Assembly: GCA_963805855.1 (NCBI GenBank)
Contig: CAWDVW010000006.1
Coordinates: 32,001 to 96,000 of the forward strand
Length of the DNA stretch: 64,000 nucleotides
From: Candidatus Dadabacteria bacterium
GTDB lineage: Bacteria; Desulfobacterota_D; UBA1144; Nemesobacterales; CSP1-2
Reading direction: 5' to 3'
Positions 39,960 to 49,432 of the stretch are shown here, in pieces (within the stretch, counting starts at the first letter, position 1; each line of letters starts with the position of its first letter). A program made the position numbers and the translations under genes. A model generated the notes under the pieces. It saw nothing but the letters and a program-made list of their open reading frames with translations, did not search any database and had not been told where the DNA came from.

Positions 39960-40939
39960 TCCGCGGTTTCCTTAAGTTGAGTGATTCCAGATACCGGTCG
40001 GAACGCAAAGAACGTTTCAAAGATTGAATCCCCTACCTGATTTAGTCTGGATTGAAAATTATCTAGATATTCATGTAAACCAGTTGAAAATATTTCGCTG
40101 ATTTGTGTATAGTCAAAATCTGAGCGTAAGCGACCGAGATTTCGCTCCGCGGGATTCTGAAATGTGCCTGGCTTGGAGCCGGTTATTGATTTGATTGATT
40201 CCTCAGCCTTGATGAGACAGTAATGTATTGACCTTGGAAACTCCCTGTCAAGTATCAGGAACTCAGCCACCTTCTTGTGATAAATACGGCGATGTTTCTT
40301 ACGATACATTTCGAGCGCACTGGCCGATTTTAGTAATGCTGCCCATTGGAGATTGTCAAAAGGGCTTCCCACATCATCGGGTCTTGGCAGCAGAATAAAG
40401 TACTTGACATCAAGTATTCGTGATGTCTTATCTGCTCTCTCAAGCAACCGTCCAAGCCTTGAAAAATGCCATGCTTCGCCATGAGACATGGTGGTATCTG
40501 TTAATCCGGTAAATAGGTGGCTTTCCAATTTAACCTTTGTGTAGAAATCGTGTGTATTCTTGGTGGCTTCATTGTTTGACATAGCATCTCGAACCATGAA
40601 GTAGAATTTGTTAATTTGCTCCCACATCTCAGAGGATATAATCTCTCTGACAGTCCTGGCGTTCTCCCGCGCTTTGATAAGTGTTGACAGGATGGAGTTG
40701 GGATTTTTATTGTCAAAGGTAAGGAATTGTATGACGTTTTCCCTTGTCGGCGCGCCGTAATGTTCATAGAAGATTTCTCTGTCTCCCGTTGTTATAACGA
40801 GCGGCTCCCATTGTTCTTCAGCCTCTACGTGGAGATCAAGAATAAGATGAGTGTTGACATCGATAAATCTGGCTACATTTTCTGCCCGTTCGATATACCG
40901 ACTCATCCAATATATTGAATCAGCAACACGGCTAAGCAT
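39956..40939 (-). CDS. Alpha-E domain protein (DUF403)
   Basis: MLSRVADSIYWMSRYIERAEN, ARENAR, LERADKTSRILDVKY, FPRS. Confidence 0.93.
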   Translation of the reverse strand: MLSRVADSIYWMSRYIERAENVARFIDVNTHLILDLHVEAEEQWEPLVITTGDREIFYEHYGAPTRENVIQFLTFDNKNPNSILSTLIKARENARTVREIISSEMWEQINKFYFMVRDAMSNNEATKNTHDFYTKVKLESHLFTGLTDTTMSHGEAWHFSRLGRLLERADKTSRILDVKYFILLPRPDDVGSPFDNLQWAALLKSASALEMYRKKHRRIYHKKVAEFLILDREFPRSIHYCLIKAEESIKSITGSKPGTFQNPAERNLGRLRSDFDYTQISEIFSTGLHEYLDNFQSRLNQVGDSIFETFFAFRPVSGITQLKETAE

Positions 40940-41020
40940 AATATTTCATCTGATGAACTTTATTTAGTTTTGTTACTTGTCTTTCAATCTCAGATTCGTC
41001 AAACATTTGGTCAAATCGAT

Positions 41021-42463
41021 CTAATAATTCGTCCTGTCGAGCACCCATGTATCCTTACTTCCCCCTCCTTGAGATGAATTAACAACCAGAGATCCCTTTT
41101 TTAAAGCTACCCTAGTTAGACCCCCAGGAATGACGTAGATATCTTTTCCATACAGGACATAGGGGCGCAGATCCACGTGTCGCCCTTCGAGGTGATCTCC
41201 AACCAAGACGGGTACGCGCGAAAGGGTAAGAGTTGGTTGAGCAATATAGTTGCGTGGATTTTTATTGATCCTCAGGGCAAAATCGTGCGCTTGATTGGTA
41301 CTTGAATGAGGCCCAATCAGCATTCCATACCCTCCGGATTCATTAGCAGACTTGACGACAAATTTACCGAGGTTTTCCAATACGTGTTTACGCTCTTTTT
41401 CCTCCCAGCATACGTATGTCGGCACATTGGGTAAAATGGGTTCCTCACCCGTGTAATATTTGATGAGCTTGGGAACATAGGCATATATCACCTTGTCGTC
41501 GGCGATTCCCGTGCCAGGGGCATTCGCCATTGCAACACGACCAGATTTATACACATCCATGATTCCCGCCACACCCAACATCGAATCGCTTCGGAACGCT
41601 GAAGGATCCAGGAAATCGTCGTCTATTCTTCTGTATATTACGTCAACCCTTTTGAAACCCGTCGTTGTTCTCATGAAGACAGAACCGTCTGAAACGACCA
41701 GGTCGCTGCCCTCAACGAGTTCTATGCCCATTTGCTGGGCTAGGAACGAATGCTCAAAATAGGCGGAGTTGTATATTCCAGGTGTAAGGAGAACTACATT
41801 TGCTGCCTCAGCCATGGAGGGGGAAATGTATTGCAGCGTTTCCAAAAGCCGTTCCGGGTAATCATCCACGGGTCGTACCTTTGATGCTTCAAAGACAAGC
41901 GGGAAAGTTCTTTTCAGGACCTGCCTGTTCTCTAAGACATAGGACACTCCAGACGGGCATCTTAGATTATCCTCTAGAACATAGAACTGTCCATCTCTAT
42001 CACGAACTATGTCGATACCGGCGATGTGACACCAAATCCCTTTAGCAGGCTGCAACTCCATGCATTGTTTGTGAAAGCATTTTCCTCCGACTAAGAGCTC
42101 AGTCGGGATTACTCCGTCCTTGATTATCTTCTGGTCATTATAGATATCATCGATGAATAGGTTAAGGGCATAAATTCTCTGCTTTAATCCTCTCTCTATC
42201 AGTTCCCAATCGTCAGGCTCTATAATGCGAGGTATTATGTCGAAGGGAAAAATTTTCTCTATCCCTGATTCATTGCCGTAGACAGTGAATGTAACTCCCA
42301 TGTTAAAGAGTGCTACCTCGGCAGCCCTTTGTCTCTTCTGTAACTCCCCCTCTGGAAAGGATTGTAATCGGTCTATAAGGATTTTCGTTCCAGCACGCGG
42401 TGTACCCCGAGCCTCGAACAGCTCATCATAATGCCCTTCGGGATCGTAAGATTTAATGTTCAT
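41021..42463 (-). CDS. Circularly permuted type 2 ATP-grasp protein
   Basis: PFDIIPRII, VLEDNLRCPSGVSY, YNSAYFEH, RHVDLRP, VVNSSQGGGSKDTWV. Confidence 0.93.
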   Translation of the reverse strand: MNIKSYDPEGHYDELFEARGTPRAGTKILIDRLQSFPEGELQKRQRAAEVALFNMGVTFTVYGNESGIEKIFPFDIIPRIIEPDDWELIERGLKQRIYALNLFIDDIYNDQKIIKDGVIPTELLVGGKCFHKQCMELQPAKGIWCHIAGIDIVRDRDGQFYVLEDNLRCPSGVSYVLENRQVLKRTFPLVFEASKVRPVDDYPERLLETLQYISPSMAEAANVVLLTPGIYNSAYFEHSFLAQQMGIELVEGSDLVVSDGSVFMRTTTGFKRVDVIYRRIDDDFLDPSAFRSDSMLGVAGIMDVYKSGRVAMANAPGTGIADDKVIYAYVPKLIKYYTGEEPILPNVPTYVCWEEKERKHVLENLGKFVVKSANESGGYGMLIGPHSSTNQAHDFALRINKNPRNYIAQPTLTLSRVPVLVGDHLEGRHVDLRPYVLYGKDIYVIPGGLTRVALKKGSLVVNSSQGGGSKDTWVLDRTNY

Positions 42464-42525
42464 TTCAATATGGAATATAAGCCAATCGTTTTATTTTTTC
42501 TTCAGTCGCCACAATAAATGGTGGT

Positions 42526-42627
42526 TCAACTGTTCAAATTGTTGAAGCCCGGAGTCCCGATAACTATATCTGCGCGTTCAATTTCCTCTTTCTGTTTTTT
42601 GACTTCGGTGTTGACATCAAAAATGCT
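42526..42627 (-). pseudogene. Fragment resembling the N-terminus of a Ggs/Mgs-like glycosyltransferase
   Basis: EEIERADIVIGTPGFNN vs DKIKSVDILVGIPCYNT in 46664-47926; bounded by stops. Confidence 0.45.
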
Positions 42628-42877
42628 TCAGGTCTTTTTAATATAGTTCCTCGACAATACCAATTCCTCTTCCAGCCATTGTCATATTAGATCATTGGTT
42701 TAGAATTTTACTTTAATTCTGAATTTTGAAAAGGTTAACCTTCCGCTCATAAGCTTCATCGGTAATCTTTGTGTGCGGCTCTTAGGAACTAGATGAGTTT
42801 TGTGAGTTTTATTTGATTTTTATTCGTGGGTAACCTAAGAATTCGGCGTGATAAAAATTTCTAATAGGGAGGTTGGT

Positions 42878-43075
42878 TTGCCTAAGCTTACAATAAACTT
42901 AACAATGGATGTCGAAGAGGAGCCTGATGGTGGCATTGATGAACCGTTAATAAATAAACTCGCTTCCGATTTGGGTGACGTGATTGTGGGGTTGGTCAAT
43001 GCAAAGAAGGGGATTTTCGGCACTGTAAATCTATTTGTTAATGGAGAGCAGTTTAACTCAGTGAACTTTGATTGA
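42878..43075 (+). CDS. Small hypothetical protein (65 aa, TTG start)
   Basis: RBS GGGAGG before TTG 42878; protein-like composition. Confidence 0.5.
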   Translation: MPKLTINLTMDVEEEPDGGIDEPLINKLASDLGDVIVGLVNAKKGIFGTVNLFVNGEQFNSVNFD

Positions 43076-43353
43076 ATGCTGTAATTTCTCCTAGTAGATG
43101 TAACGCATTTTGAATAATGAATTGATATGATTCCTCTGATCTGCGCCAGGGATCCATTCAATGTTCTATTTAGTGTGTCGACGAAATATTCTTCTTATTT
43201 CTTATCAAATCTGCGTCTAGATTTTTCTTCCAGTGGATGTTTCAAGCTATCGAGCATATGAGCTATTAGGTGTTTTGACAGACGAATTCACTTTCGATCG
43301 CCACATGAATAAAATTTCCGGAGTGAAGATTCAATGCCCGATAGTTTATCAAT

Positions 43354-44307
43354 TCAAGCTGGTTTAGATGCATCGGTCTGATTTACATTTAGATTAAATG
43401 GCTTACTTGCTTCGCCGAAATAAAGGCTTAAATGAGGGAAAGGAATTTCGATTCCTTTTTCGTCAAAGGTGTTCTTAATTCTCCTTCTGAGCTCCCTACC
43501 TACTTCCCATTGTTTTAATGGCAGCGTCTTGATCATGCATTTGATCGTCACTTGTGAATCACCAAAGTCATCGACGCCAAGAATTTGAAGTGGTTCCAGT
43601 ATAAGTGACCCAAAGTGCTCATCCTTAGATAAACCGTCTCCAATTTCGCCCAGCACCTTCATGACATCATCCACATTTTCCTTGTAAGCGACACCCACGT
43701 CGACTAGGTATCGGGACCATCCTTTACTCATGTTGGATAATGTATTTATAGTTCCGTTAGGAAATATATGTACGATTCCCCCTAAGTCTCGAATCACAAT
43801 TGTCCTTAGATTAATCTCTTCTACGAGTCCACCCGTTCCATTGATTTCACCCACGTCGCCAACACGAATCTGGTTTTCCAGGATGATAAAAAATCCACTT
43901 ATAATGTCCCGTACAAGGTTCTGTGCTCCAAAGCCAACCGCTAATCCTACGATACCAGCACCTGCTATGATCGGCGCTATATCCATTCCCACTTCTCGAA
44001 GAATCATCATTAGTGAGATTAACAGCACAGCTATAAGGGCTGCTTTCCTCATTAGGTTGCCAAGGGTAGCTAACCTTTTTTCAGTTTCTATTGCGGCTAT
44101 GACTTCTCTTTCACGACTTTCTATTAATTTCTCGATTCTTCCAATTATGATGTAAAAAAATTTCAGGATCAGAAAAGCACCTATTATGATTAAGATTATC
44201 CTGGTGCCTGAGGTCATACTCCAGGCGGCGAATTGGTCGACGAGTTTGTCTAAAAAAGCCGGGTTTAGAAACTTTGATGCGACGTTAGTCATTGGATTTC
44301 CCCCCAT
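43354..44307 (-). CDS. Mechanosensitive channel, MscS family
   Basis: AGAGIVGLAVGFGAQNLVRD, GDVGEI, FPNG, GIEIPFP. Confidence 0.93.
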   Translation of the reverse strand: MGGNPMTNVASKFLNPAFLDKLVDQFAAWSMTSGTRIILIIIGAFLILKFFYIIIGRIEKLIESREREVIAAIETEKRLATLGNLMRKAALIAVLLISLMMILREVGMDIAPIIAGAGIVGLAVGFGAQNLVRDIISGFFIILENQIRVGDVGEINGTGGLVEEINLRTIVIRDLGGIVHIFPNGTINTLSNMSKGWSRYLVDVGVAYKENVDDVMKVLGEIGDGLSKDEHFGSLILEPLQILGVDDFGDSQVTIKCMIKTLPLKQWEVGRELRRRIKNTFDEKGIEIPFPHLSLYFGEASKPFNLNVNQTDASKPA

Positions 44308-44431
44308 TTTGAAAAATTTTTCAGGTTACTAAGAAAAATTTGGATATAAAATTACCTGTTTTTAATATGAGAAATTCATTTACTTGGATTGTCGTTTAAT
44401 GCTTAGCTGTTTCGTGCTAGCCTATTATAAC

Positions 44432-44766
44432 TTATATGAGAAGATTCTGAAATATTACCGCAAACCCGAGAAATGCAAAAAACCCGATTACATCCGTGAC
44501 CGTCGTAAGAATTATGCTTGAAGATTGAGCCGGATCGAGATGTTTCACTATTTCCCTAAACGTATCTTTTGGAAGCTCTTTAAAGTAGTGCTGCTGCTTG
44601 ATTTACTTGAAGGGTTTTGAAGACTCCTGCTGAAAGTGAAGGGGGTGGGGTAGTTAATATCTTGACTGCTTCGCCCTCGGGCATAGCTTCTAAAGCATGT
44701 GTCGCAGTCAGTGAATCATACTAAGAATTTTCTCACATAAGGTAGTAACGGCGCATAAGTGTCCAT
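44432..44766 (-). pseudogene. mgtE: mgtE pseudogene with two frameshifts and a large internal deletion
   Basis: Translates MDTYAPLLPYVRKFL/YDSLTATHALE...LQVNQAAALL/KELPKDTFREIVKHL then DPAQSSSIILTTVTDVIGFFAFLGFAVIFQNLLI*, matching both ends of 49433-50743; RBS GGGAGG retained. Confidence 0.88.
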
Positions 44767-45099
44767 GACGACGATACCTCCCAAAAAAGAGATTCCCCCA
44801 ATTGGTATTGTAAATTAGACCGGAACAGCCCCACCGCAATAATGATACGCAATACAAAAAGCTGTTTGTTTTTACGAAATGTGTGTGAAGGTGTACCTAT
44901 TTACTGTCGAGAATTCTAGAAAGCTATTAATAAATCGGTGTTAACACTTGACAAAGTAATGATAAATTTGACATAATAGGTTTTGATGGGGTATCCATTA
45001 TTCAATCTTCTCCAAGCCTTTGAATTTTCAAAAATGTTTCTCTACTTCAATAAGTCAAGAGATTAAGAAATAGAGAAAATCCGAACAGGGGGTGTTACT

Positions 45100-46608
45100 A
45101 TGCCAGATACCATAGCAGCAGGGCAACTCATTTTGTCCTATCTGATAAGAATAGTAGCTGCAATTGCCGTCCTGATAATTGGATGGTTTGTTGCAAAGCT
45201 CATCACTGCGATGATCCGAAGGGGGCTTAATCGTACTCAGTTAGACAGGAAAATTGTACGTTGGATAACCGGAGAGGATACAGAGCAGGGCATTGACACA
45301 GCGGGTAAAATATCTAAGGGCATCTTCTTTATACTGTTGCTCTTTGTATTGGTTGCCTTCTTTCAGGTCCTCGGCATAACTCTGATAACCGAACCACTTA
45401 ACCGTCTATTGACCGTGGTTTTGGAATATCTGCCACGCCTCTATGCCGCTGGTCTGTTGTTGGTTGTAGCATGGGTTATTGCGAGTTTGCTTAGACTTTT
45501 GATTCTACGCATCATCGGGGCCACTAAACTTGATGAAAAATTTTCTACTCAGGCCGACTTGGAAAAAACGAAGATCGTGCCCCTATCAAGAACCTTTTCT
45601 GAAATTGCATACTGGTTGGTCTTTCTACTTTTTCTTCCAGCCGTATTAAATGCACTCGCGCTTCAAGGTCTTCTTGATCCCGTAAACAGCATGGTCACTA
45701 AGATTTTATCATTCTTGCCAAATATACTCACGTCGGCATTGATCCTTGCAATTGGATGGTTTCTTGCACGGGTTGTGCAAAGAATAACAACTAATTTACT
45801 TGCAGCCATGGGAACAGACAGGCTCGGTGATAGAGTAGGAATCGATCGTGTGCTTGGCACAAAGAATCTCTCATATGCAGTCGGAATTGTTATTTATGTT
45901 TTAATTCTGATCCCGGTGTTGATTGCCGCACTGAATGCTCTACAACTAGGTGCGCTTACTCAACCTGCAAGTAATATGTTGAACACAATTTTAGGGAAAC
46001 TTCCGGCAATATTCGCCTCAATTTTGGTTTTGATAATTGCATATGTAATAGGAAGGGTGGTGGCCGGTTTAATCACGAATCTACTTGGTAGTGTGGGTTT
46101 TGATTCTATCATGGCCAGGTTAGGCATTGGCAAGAAGCCTTCTAAGGGTGAAAAATCACCCTCTGCCATTGTTGGTTTTCTGATACTTGTGGCGATCATC
46201 ATTTTTGCGGTTATGCAGTCTTTTGAGATTCTAGGATTCGCGGGCTTGGCCGCTTTGGTATCACGGTTTCTTGTATTTGCCGGTCACATTGTGGTAGGAC
46301 TCATAATTTTTGGCATAGGTCTATATCTTTCCGATCTGGCTTCAAACGTCATACGATCGAGCTCAGCATCTCAGGCTGGATTATTGGCGTTTTCGGCAAG
46401 AGTTTCGATATTAATTTTGTCCGTGGCAATGGCTTTAAGGCAGATGGGTCTTGCAAATGAGATTATAAACCTGGCTTTCGCGATCTTGTTTGGCGCAGTT
46501 GCAGTGGCTATTGCAATATCTTTTGGCCTGGGAGGTCGTGAGCTTGCGGGACGAAAGCTCGGAGAATGGCTTGACTCAGTAGGATCATCGAAATCAAAAG
46601 AGGAATAG
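45100..46608 (+). CDS. TM-helix repeat protein (CmpX / MscS-associated)
   Basis: Repeated LPxI/L...IGW units; C-terminal AVAIAISFGLGGRE. Confidence 0.8.
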   Translation: MPDTIAAGQLILSYLIRIVAAIAVLIIGWFVAKLITAMIRRGLNRTQLDRKIVRWITGEDTEQGIDTAGKISKGIFFILLLFVLVAFFQVLGITLITEPLNRLLTVVLEYLPRLYAAGLLLVVAWVIASLLRLLILRIIGATKLDEKFSTQADLEKTKIVPLSRTFSEIAYWLVFLLFLPAVLNALALQGLLDPVNSMVTKILSFLPNILTSALILAIGWFLARVVQRITTNLLAAMGTDRLGDRVGIDRVLGTKNLSYAVGIVIYVLILIPVLIAALNALQLGALTQPASNMLNTILGKLPAIFASILVLIIAYVIGRVVAGLITNLLGSVGFDSIMARLGIGKKPSKGEKSPSAIVGFLILVAIIIFAVMQSFEILGFAGLAALVSRFLVFAGHIVVGLIIFGIGLYLSDLASNVIRSSSASQAGLLAFSARVSILILSVAMALRQMGLANEIINLAFAILFGAVAVAIAISFGLGGRELAGRKLGEWLDSVGSSKSKEE

Positions 46609-46663
46609 ATAATCTATAAATTTATTCTTTTATCGCCGAATTGATAATACGAGAACGGTTTCT

Positions 46664-47926
46664 TCACTCCTCCCAGAGTGAGAATCGTTTAAGTAGATAA
46701 GGTTTGTTGCGCTCAAAGATCCGGGCTTGCTCCTGTACAACTTTTTCGGCCTCATAGCTGTCCATTTCCATCACCTGCTGGCAGTAGCTTCTAGTGCGTC
46801 CAAAATATAATGGAGTAACAATGTCGGCAAGCCGACGCTTATTTCTTTGCCAAAGCTGATATACGTATCCGAAGTCATATAGTATTTTGCTCCAGAGATC
46901 TGAATCAAAGACCTCCTCTTTTCCATTACTCCAGCTCTCGTGTATCTTGTCTAGCCTACCCATGGTTTCATCATCCAGGATCTCCTGATACATCGGTCGA
47001 AAATGCTTGTAACCTTCTACGAACTCGTCATGCAGATTTTCGAGACTGACCGAAACCGGTTCCAGTTCAGGCTCTTCCTCCTTCTTATTATTTATCTGAA
47101 TGGCTCTAAATTGATTATTCCTTTCCCAGTTGCTCTCATATTTACCCATGAGATAGAAAAGTGTGCTGACTACCTGTCTAAACATTGGACCTAGGTCTGT
47201 AGCGGGATCCTTGGCATTGTGAATCTTGGTGCCAAGGTATGTTTGGACAACTTTAAATCCTTGATTAATGGCACATGTCGTCATCCAGACGTCGATTCCG
47301 AATCTGGCAACGTCTGTATCCCATACATCTTCTTTCACATAAAACGCTGCTAACTCAGGAGAAAAACCAAAGTCACCGCCGATCGGCTGTCGCACATCGA
47401 CGCCGTATAGGGCCCTGGTCATTGGATATACAATCTGATTAGTTATTGTTCCGTCGAACTTGTGCCTCCGGTAATAGGGAGCGACGAACCCTGCCGAATT
47501 ATTGATAATGGGCTCAAGCATTAATTTTACCCATTCTGGCGTTATACTTCTCAAATCTGCATCAAATACGGCAATTGCCTTCGCCTTTAAGATCAAAGCT
47601 AATTCAAAGACGGCTCTAAACGACGTTCCCTTTCCTGGAAGCCCCCGATAGATTGTGACCCTTCTCTGAATGTTTTCAGGTATAGATGCTTCGTATGCAT
47701 GTTCCCGTGTGTCATCAAGAGAGCCTCCGTCACTGACAAATATTGCAGATTTATGATTCGGAAAGTGCTGGGCTAATCCCTTACCAACCTGCTCAATGAC
47801 AAAACCAAGCGTATCTTCGGTGTTATAACATGGAATTCCAACCAAGATATCGACCGATTTAATCTTATCAACCCACATGTGTACGTTTTCCCTGAGGGCT
47901 GAACCATATTTCTTGATAGCCATCAT
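46664..47926 (-). CDS. Glycosyltransferase, glucosylglycerate/mannosylglycerate synthase-like
   Basis: DILVGIPCYN, SDGGSLDDT, GKG, DADLRSITPEW, RHKFDGTITN, RQPIGGDF, FGIDVWMT. Confidence 0.75.
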   Translation of the reverse strand: MMAIKKYGSALRENVHMWVDKIKSVDILVGIPCYNTEDTLGFVIEQVGKGLAQHFPNHKSAIFVSDGGSLDDTREHAYEASIPENIQRRVTIYRGLPGKGTSFRAVFELALILKAKAIAVFDADLRSITPEWVKLMLEPIINNSAGFVAPYYRRHKFDGTITNQIVYPMTRALYGVDVRQPIGGDFGFSPELAAFYVKEDVWDTDVARFGIDVWMTTCAINQGFKVVQTYLGTKIHNAKDPATDLGPMFRQVVSTLFYLMGKYESNWERNNQFRAIQINNKKEEEPELEPVSVSLENLHDEFVEGYKHFRPMYQEILDDETMGRLDKIHESWSNGKEEVFDSDLWSKILYDFGYVYQLWQRNKRRLADIVTPLYFGRTRSYCQQVMEMDSYEAEKVVQEQARIFERNKPYLLKRFSLWEE

Positions 47927-48044
47927 AAAATAACTCCTGAATTGGTCGTTTCCGTATAAATTATCAATAAACTTACCCTAAATATTCATAAGTTTTAGGG
48001 GGGGGGAATCAAATGATAATATTTTAAGAATAATGAATAAACCT

Positions 48045-49373
48045 TTATGATACCATAATAATCCTCAAATCCATCACGTTCGTATTCGTTGGACCTGTAA
48101 TGACCAAGTCTCCTAAGGGCTTGAAAAAATTGTAGGAATTATTCTCTCTGAGATATTTTTCCGCGACCATTCCTAATTTCTTGGATCGTCTTATAGTTGA
48201 CCCGTCTGCTATCGCACCCGCGGCCTCGGTGGGGCCATCGGTACCATCGGTGCCAGCACTCAGTATTGCTACTTTTTCTAATCCGTCGATTGCAATGGCC
48301 GCCGCCAGCGCGAATTCCTGATTGCGCCCGCCTAAACCGCTTCCTTTGATTTTAACCGTAGTCTCACCACCTGACACGACACATGCCGGCCGGCCAACCG
48401 GATTTCCAGTACTCAGAATTTCTTTTGCTATCGCTGCATGAACCTTTGCTACTTCCGTCGTTTCACCCTCAATGAATGAAGAGAGAATAAGAGTGTTATA
48501 TCCAAGCTTATCTGCTTTCTCCTTCGCAGCGCTTAACGCTTGTTTATTACTTCCGATGATGACATTTTGAGTTCTTACGAATATTGGATCATCGGCCTTC
48601 GGCGTTTCTCCAACTTCACCACGGCGTCCCTTTTCCACGTATTCAAGAATCGAGCTGGGAATATCCCCATGTATCTTGTGCTTTTCAAGTATATTGAGAC
48701 AGTCTGCGAATGTAGTTTTATCCGGTGCAGTAGGACCCGAGGCTATGCTGTCTAAATTATCTCCGATGACGTCTGACAGTATCAACGAGATCAAGGTTGA
48801 GGGGTAAACAAGTCTTGCTAATCTCCCACCTTTGACTTTTGATATCTGTTTACGAAGTGCGTTAATCTCATGTATGGTGGCGCCACAGTCCAGTAACGCT
48901 TGAGTTAAGCGCTGCTTGTCTTCTAAGGTTATGCCCTCAGCCGGACAGGGCAGCAGAGCTGAACCACCGCCAGAGATCAAGCAAAAGACCAGGTCCTTTT
49001 CTCCGGTTTGTTTTAGTAATCGTAGAATTTGATTTGTACCTGCCAGCCCCGCCTGGTCCGGCACCGGATGGCCGGCTTCATTTGCCCTGACAATCTTAAG
49101 TGGGACGGTGTGTCCGTATTTAACGTTTACCATTCCTCCCTTTATCCTGTTGCCCAATAAATCTTCGATCGCCTTGGCCATTGCAGCAGAGGCTTTGCCC
49201 ATGCCAATGATAAAGATGTTTTCATATGCTGAAAGGTCGTATATCTTCCCGTGAACATCTAATCTGTTACCTTCGACCGCCACATTAAGTTTAATTGCGT
49301 TGGCAGGGTCGACCGACTCTATACCATGCTTGAATATCTTTATCGCGTCTTGTCTCAATCTAGTTATTTCCAT
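48045..49373 (-). CDS. Glycerate kinase, GckA/TtuD (MOFRL) family
   Basis: GMGKAS, AGHPVPD, LISGGGSAL, GGETTV, GGRNQE, GTDGTDGPT, TNTNVMD. Confidence 0.92.
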   Translation of the reverse strand: MEITRLRQDAIKIFKHGIESVDPANAIKLNVAVEGNRLDVHGKIYDLSAYENIFIIGMGKASAAMAKAIEDLLGNRIKGGMVNVKYGHTVPLKIVRANEAGHPVPDQAGLAGTNQILRLLKQTGEKDLVFCLISGGGSALLPCPAEGITLEDKQRLTQALLDCGATIHEINALRKQISKVKGGRLARLVYPSTLISLILSDVIGDNLDSIASGPTAPDKTTFADCLNILEKHKIHGDIPSSILEYVEKGRRGEVGETPKADDPIFVRTQNVIIGSNKQALSAAKEKADKLGYNTLILSSFIEGETTEVAKVHAAIAKEILSTGNPVGRPACVVSGGETTVKIKGSGLGGRNQEFALAAAIAIDGLEKVAILSAGTDGTDGPTEAAGAIADGSTIRRSKKLGMVAEKYLRENNSYNFFKPLGDLVITGPTNTNVMDLRIIMVS

Positions 49374-49432
49374 CTTTCTCGTATTATGTTCGTTATGAGT
49401 TAACTAAAAAAAGAGCGATGTTAGTGCGATTG

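Noticed and set aside
44770-45090. Mg2+ (M-box) or c-di-AMP riboswitch upstream of the mgtE relic
   Set aside because: No recognisable conserved motif by eye; an Rfam scan would be needed
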